From the NCBI GenBank assembly GCA_037445915.1, contig JBBIJQ010000055.1, forward strand, positions 1-12,667: DNA of 12,667 nt, written 5' to 3'. This document shows positions 8,441 to 12,667 of the stretch, piece by piece. The notes beneath the pieces are model-generated. The model was not told the DNA's origin and searched no databases. It worked only from the letters and a program-made list of their open reading frames with translations. Each line of letters starts with the position of its first letter. The stretch's first letter is position 1. Source of the stretch: Planctomycetales bacterium. GTDB lineage: Bacteria; 4484-113. Both the position numbers and the translations under genes were made by a program.

Positions 8441-8580
8441 CCGGAATTAAGGCGGCGGGTGTAGAACTTTGACCCTTCAGCAGATTCCAGAGCTGGGCTT
8501 AAGCCCGGCGCACGGTTCTTGGGCGCTGGCAGCTGATTGCGAACTGCCAACCACGACTTACCAGCTATCCCCCCTCCCCC

Positions 8581-8598
8581 ATGTGCCGTTATTCACAA
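8581..8598. promoter_or_regulatory. Possible Rex-type operator upstream of the PFOR promoter
   Basis: ATGTGCCGTTATTCACAA versus the Rex consensus TTGTGAA-N4-TTCACAA: the right half is perfect and 11 of 14 positions match overall. Confidence 0.4.
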
Positions 8599-8650
8599 GG
8601 ATGCCGGCGGCGGAATGTGCTGCTTTTCCTGATTCCCCAACTCCAGCGCT

Positions 8651-8661
8651 TGTGGTATCAT
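8651..8661 (+). promoter_or_regulatory. Extended -10 promoter for PFOR
   Basis: TGTGgTATCAT fits TRTGnTATAAT with one mismatch. The -35 is weak (TTCCCC). The predicted start site is near 8666-8669. Confidence 0.55.
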
Positions 8662-8836
8662 ATGCGCTGCTGAAGCCCCGCGCGATAACCCTCGGCGACG
8701 CGAATGTGATTTGCGTCACGAGTCCATGGGGAAAGGGTGCTTTCCCAGCTGGCGAGGGCCGGCTGTTTCCGCATCCCCGGCCGCAAACGGCTCAGCGTAT
8801 GTTTAACACTCATTGCTTCGCGACCAGGAGGAAATT

Positions 8837-11800
8837 ATGAAAATACAGCATGTATCCCTTGACGGCAACACGGCGGCTGCTTACACGTCGCATGCCACGA
8901 ATGAAGTGATCGCCATCTACCCCATTACGCCATCGTCGGTAATGGGCGAGCTGGCAGACGAGTATTCGGCGCACGGCCGCAAGAACATCTGGGGACAGGT
9001 TCCCACGGTGGTTGAGCTGCAGTCCGAAGGCGGCGCGGCAGGCTCCATACACGGCGCGCTCACCGCAGGCGCGCTGGCGACAACCTACACTGCATCGCAG
9101 GGACTTCTGCTGATGATTCCCAATATGTTCAAGATATCGGGCGAGCTCGCGCCGACGGTGTTCCACATCTCGGCGCGCTCGGTATCCTGCCAGGCGCTGT
9201 CCATCTTCGGCGACCACTCGGACATCATGGCCTGCCGCAGCACCGGCTTCGGCATCATTATGTCCGCGAATCCTCAGGAAGTCATGGATAACGCGCTGGT
9301 CGCCCAGCAGGCGTCAATGAAAAGCCGCGTGCCCTTTATCCACGCCTTTGACGGCTTCCGCACCAGCCATGAAATCCAAAAGGTCGTGGAAGTTTCCTAC
9401 GACACAATGCGCGCGATGATTGACGAAGAAGACATAGTCGCCATCCGCAACCGCGCGCTTAAGCCTGAGACGCCGACGATGCGCGGAACGGCACAAAACC
9501 CCGACCTTTACTTCCAGGGCCGCGAGTCAGTGAACCTATTCTACGCCAAGTGCCCCGATACCGTGCAGGCCGCATACGACCGTTTCGCCAAGCTGACCGG
9601 CCGCCAATATCACCTCTTTGATTATGTGGGCGCGCCTGATGCTGAAACCGTGATGGTCATTATGGCTAGCGCCGCTGATACAGCCGAAGAAACCGTCAGC
9701 TATATGCACGAGAAGGAGTGCCAGAAGTGCGGCCTCATCAAGATTCGCCTTTACCGCCCGTTCAGCGTTAAGCACTTCCTTGAAGCAATGCCGCCGACGG
9801 TCAAGCGCGTGATTGCGATGGATCGCACCAAAGAGCCCGGCGCCGACGGCGAGCCGCTCTACCTGGACATCAGCGCTGCGATTGTTGCAGGCTACCGCGC
9901 AGGCAAGTTCAAGGAATTGCCTGTCGTCATCGGCGGGCGCTACGGCTTAAGCTCCAAAGAGTTTACGCCGCCAATGGTCAAGGCTGTCTTCGCGCATGCC
10001 AACAGCGGCAACCCCTTTAACGGCTTCACAGTGGGTTTTGACGACGATGTAACGCATAAGTCGCTGGACTACTGCATTGACTGCGACACCGAGCATGAGA
10101 GCACTTACCGCGCAAAGTTCTACGGCCTGGGCGCCGACGGCACAGTAGGCGCAAGCAAGAACACCATAAAAGTCGTGGGCGAGAACACGGAAAAGCACGT
10201 CCAGGGCTACTTCGTTTACGACTCCAAGAAGGCTGGCGGAGTGACCTGCTCCCACCTGCGCTTCTCCGACGCCCCAATCAAGTCAACCTACCTTGTCAAC
10301 CGCTCCGATTTTGTCGCAGTTCATGCCGAGAGCTTCATCGGCCGCATCAACATGCTCAGAGGCGTTAAGGAAGGCGGCACGCTGCTCATCAACACCTATA
10401 TGCCCGCCGAGACGCTTTTTGAGAGCCTGCCCCGCCGCGAACAGGAAGTCATCATTGAAAAGAAGCTCAAGGTTTACTGCATCAACGCATACGAAATTGT
10501 CCTTGAGCTGGGCTTGCCCGGCAGAATCAACACGACGATGCAGGCCGCATTTTTCAAGCTTTCAGGCGTGCTGCCGGAGAAGGTTTACACAGAGGCCATT
10601 GAGGGGGCTATCTCCAAGTCCTATGCCTCCAAGGGCAAGGAAGTCGTGGAGAAGAATATCGCCGCCTTCCGCCGTGGCATGGAAATGATTTGCGAAGTCC
10701 CCGTCCCCGCGAAGATTACCGTTTCCGGCCCGGATGTTAAGTATCCGGAGATTGAGGACCCCATCATCGCTGAGTTCTTTGACGACGTCATCAAGCCGGT
10801 GATGAGGCAGGAAGGCGACATTGTTCCCGTTTCCAAGATGCCCATAGACGGCGTATTCCCGACAGCCACTACGCAGTACGAGAAACGCTCCATCGCCACA
10901 CACCTGCCGATGTGGAACCCTGATTTCTGCATCCAGTGCAACCTGTGTTCCTTCGTTTGCCCGCACGCTGCCATCCGCCCGAAGATAAGCAAGAAGGGCG
11001 ATATCAAGCTGCCTGCGGAGAAGTACCCAACGGTCGCTTACAAGGACAAAGCGGCAGAGGCCGATGATATATTCCACATCCAGGTTTTTCCAGAGGACTG
11101 CACAGGCTGTGAGGCTTGCGCGGTTACCTGCCCCGGCGAGGAGCGGGTCAATAAGGTTAAGACCGGCCGCAAGGCGCTGACGATGGTTCTCAAGGGCGAA
11201 GCTATAGATGGCCTGAAAGAGAGCTTGGAGACATTCCTTGGCTTGCCGGAGACCGACAACAAGTTCATCAAGGTTAACACTGTTAAAGGTAGCCAATTCA
11301 AGCGCCCCTTGATGGAGTTCAGCGGCGCTTGCGCTGGCTGCGGCGAGACCCCTTACCTAAAGCTCGTCACCCAGCTCTTCGGCGACCGGATGCTCCAGGC
11401 GAACGCCACCGGCTGCTCGTCAATTTGGGGAGGCACCGCGCCGACTTCGCCTTATTGCGTGAACGACAAGGGATACGGCCCGGCTTGGTCAAGCTCGCTG
11501 TTTGAAGACAACGCCGAGTTCGGCTACGGGATGCGCTTGGCAATTGACGCGCTGCACGAGAAGGCATACTCCCTGCGCGAGATGATACTGGCTGATTCTG
11601 CTGCGCCCGGCGAGGTTAAAGACCGCCTTGCCAAGCTACAAACCATCGCAAAGCAGGCTGCCGACCCGGCCGTTATTGAAGCGAACATGGAGCTTGCCCG
11701 CGATCTCAAGGCTGTCATTGAGGGGATGGGCGGCAAGGCAACTCCGCAGATCGCCTACCTCAAAGAGATGCTGCCCTACTTCGTGAAGAAGTCTGTGTGG

Positions 11801-12451
11801 ATTGTGGGCGGCGACGGCTGGGGCTATGACATTGGCTATGGCGGCCTTGACCATATTCTCACTTCCGGCGTGGACGTGAACCTGCTGGTTCTGGACACCG
11901 AGGTTTACTCTAACACAGGCGGCCAGCGTTCTAAGTCAACTCCGATGTCCGCGGTTGCGAAGTTCGCCAGCGCAGGAAAGCAGACTGCCAAGAAGGACTT
12001 GGGGCTGATGGCTATGGCCTACCGCTCGGCGTATGTAACGAGCATCTGCTACTCCGCCAAGCCCGGACAAACCGTGCGCGCGATACTTGAAGCCGAGAAC
12101 TTCCCTGGAACTTCGCTGATCCTCGCTTACAGCCACTGCATTGAGCACGGCTTCCCGCTACAGAACATTGAGGCTCAAGGGAGGTTGGCGGTAGCTTCAG
12201 GCTACTGGCCGATTTACCGCTTTGACCCGCGCCTGATTGACGAGGGCAAGAACCCGCTGCAGCTTGACATGGACGAGCCGAAGTTCACCTTCCGCGATTA
12301 CGCGATGAAAGAGAACCGTTTCCTCCGCCTGTTACGCGATTTCCCGCAGGAAGGCGAAAAACTCATCGGGGAAGCCGAGGTTTCCGTCCGCCGCAACTGG
12401 CTTTACTATAAGTCGCTTGCTGCAATGGATTTCTCGCAGTTCGCCCGCTAA
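8837..12451 (+). CDS. nifJ: Pyruvate:ferredoxin (flavodoxin) oxidoreductase, single-chain type
   Basis: ATG 8837 follows AGGAGG (8826-8831). Motifs: YPITPSS, QSEGGAAG, TASQGLLLMIP, FDGFRTSHE, GLGADGTVGA, YDSKKAGG, two ferredoxin motifs (CIQCNLCSFVCP, CTGCEACAVTCP), GACAGCGE, NATGCSSIWGG, TPP-binding GGDGWGYDIG and EVYSNTGGQ. Confidence 0.97.
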   Translation: MKIQHVSLDGNTAAAYTSHATNEVIAIYPITPSSVMGELADEYSAHGRKNIWGQVPTVVELQSEGGAAGSIHGALTAGALATTYTASQGLLLMIPNMFKISGELAPTVFHISARSVSCQALSIFGDHSDIMACRSTGFGIIMSANPQEVMDNALVAQQASMKSRVPFIHAFDGFRTSHEIQKVVEVSYDTMRAMIDEEDIVAIRNRALKPETPTMRGTAQNPDLYFQGRESVNLFYAKCPDTVQAAYDRFAKLTGRQYHLFDYVGAPDAETVMVIMASAADTAEETVSYMHEKECQKCGLIKIRLYRPFSVKHFLEAMPPTVKRVIAMDRTKEPGADGEPLYLDISAAIVAGYRAGKFKELPVVIGGRYGLSSKEFTPPMVKAVFAHANSGNPFNGFTVGFDDDVTHKSLDYCIDCDTEHESTYRAKFYGLGADGTVGASKNTIKVVGENTEKHVQGYFVYDSKKAGGVTCSHLRFSDAPIKSTYLVNRSDFVAVHAESFIGRINMLRGVKEGGTLLINTYMPAETLFESLPRREQEVIIEKKLKVYCINAYEIVLELGLPGRINTTMQAAFFKLSGVLPEKVYTEAIEGAISKSYASKGKEVVEKNIAAFRRGMEMICEVPVPAKITVSGPDVKYPEIEDPIIAEFFDDVIKPVMRQEGDIVPVSKMPIDGVFPTATTQYEKRSIATHLPMWNPDFCIQCNLCSFVCPHAAIRPKISKKGDIKLPAEKYPTVAYKDKAAEADDIFHIQVFPEDCTGCEACAVTCPGEERVNKVKTGRKALTMVLKGEAIDGLKESLETFLGLPETDNKFIKVNTVKGSQFKRPLMEFSGACAGCGETPYLKLVTQLFGDRMLQANATGCSSIWGGTAPTSPYCVNDKGYGPAWSSSLFEDNAEFGYGMRLAIDALHEKAYSLREMILADSAAPGEVKDRLAKLQTIAKQAADPAVIEANMELARDLKAVIEGMGGKATPQIAYLKEMLPYFVKKSVWIVGGDGWGYDIGYGGLDHILTSGVDVNLLVLDTEVYSNTGGQRSKSTPMSAVAKFASAGKQTAKKDLGLMAMAYRSAYVTSICYSAKPGQTVRAILEAENFPGTSLILAYSHCIEHGFPLQNIEAQGRLAVASGYWPIYRFDPRLIDEGKNPLQLDMDEPKFTFRDYAMKENRFLRLLRDFPQEGEKLIGEAEVSVRRNWLYYKSLAAMDFSQFAR

Positions 12452-12460
12452 CTGATAGTA

Positions 12461-12514
12461 AAGGAAAGGGGGCTGCTCCCTGCGAGACGCCCCTCGCAGC
12501 CCCCTTCCTTCTTT
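12461..12514 (+). terminator. Intrinsic terminator-like hairpin after PFOR
   Basis: AAGGAAAGGGGGCTGC (12461-12476) pairs with GCAGCCCCCTTCCTT (12496-12510), followed by CTTT. An alternative inner stem is CTGCGAG/CTCGCAG. Confidence 0.7.
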
Positions 12515-12540
12515 CACGCGAACATCATCTCCTCTTGTGC

Positions 12541-12569
12541 TTGACTAGCTGAAGGAGATTTCCTATAGT
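12541..12569 (+). promoter_or_regulatory. Sigma70/sigmaA promoter of tRNA-Gly
   Basis: TTGACT (12541-12546), 17-nt spacer, TATAGT (12564-12569), 10 nt before the tRNA. Confidence 0.8.
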
Positions 12570-12579
12570 ATCTCGCCTC

Positions 12580-12651
12580 GCGGAAGTAGTTCAGTGGTAG
12601 AACATCACCTTGCCAAGGTGGGGGTCGCGGGTTCGAATCCCGTCTTCCGCT
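12580..12651 (+). tRNA. tRNA-Gly (anticodon GCC), CCA not encoded
   Basis: Acceptor stem GCGGAAG/CTTCCGC, D arm GTTC-AGTGGTA-GAAC, anticodon loop TTGCCAA (GCC at 12612-12614), T loop GGTTCGAATCC and discriminator T at 12651. Confidence 0.97.
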
Positions 12652-12667
12652 TGTCTGATCCTAGCTG

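Noticed and set aside
8525-8570. Faint 7-nt periodicity (ACTGCCA ACCACGA CTTACCA GCTATCC) and a TGGCAG/CTGCCA inverted repeat
   Set aside because: Too degenerate and too short to distinguish from chance.
8230-8580. CRISPR array
   Set aside because: The repeats occur only twice, partly inverted, with no regular repeat-spacer period, and there are no cas genes.
8172-8836. Known ncRNAs (RNase P RNA, tmRNA, SRP, 6S, T-box, TPP/FMN/cobalamin riboswitches)
   Set aside because: I did not find their signature sequences by eye on either strand. An Rfam scan is still needed to exclude them formally.
8469-8840. 123-aa ORF in the intergenic region
   Set aside because: TTG start with no RBS, no recognisable motif, and it runs across the predicted PFOR promoter and leader.
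12449-12461. TAA followed by C-TGA-TAG-TAA, three tandem stops in the +1 frame after PFOR
   Set aside because: A curiosity with no evidence of frameshifting or readthrough. It is compatible with an AT-rich spacer before the terminator.

Overview
A chromosomal housekeeping-type window from a probably anaerobic, diderm bacterium. The gene content (DivIVA, LpxD, and a BamA with three POTRA domains) suggests a Terrabacteria-like lineage. In order it holds: the 3' part of a STAND/NB-ARC-like ATPase with eight 40-aa TPR repeats; a small single-pass Pro/Ala-rich membrane protein; an outer-membrane operon (bamA, an uncharacterised 451-aa exported protein, lpxD); a convergent divIVA-HD phosphohydrolase operon whose stop codon overlaps that of lpxD; a 665-bp hairpin- and REP-rich intergenic region; pyruvate:ferredoxin oxidoreductase (nifJ/por); and tRNA-Gly(GCC). 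No transposase, integrase, CRISPR array or reverse transcriptase was seen. The best leads for something undescribed are (1) the 451-aa protein in the skp/ompH slot, which reads like three POTRA-like units plus a short C-terminal beta-strand domain, and (2) a multi-stem structured leader upstream of PFOR that I could not match to a known riboswitch.
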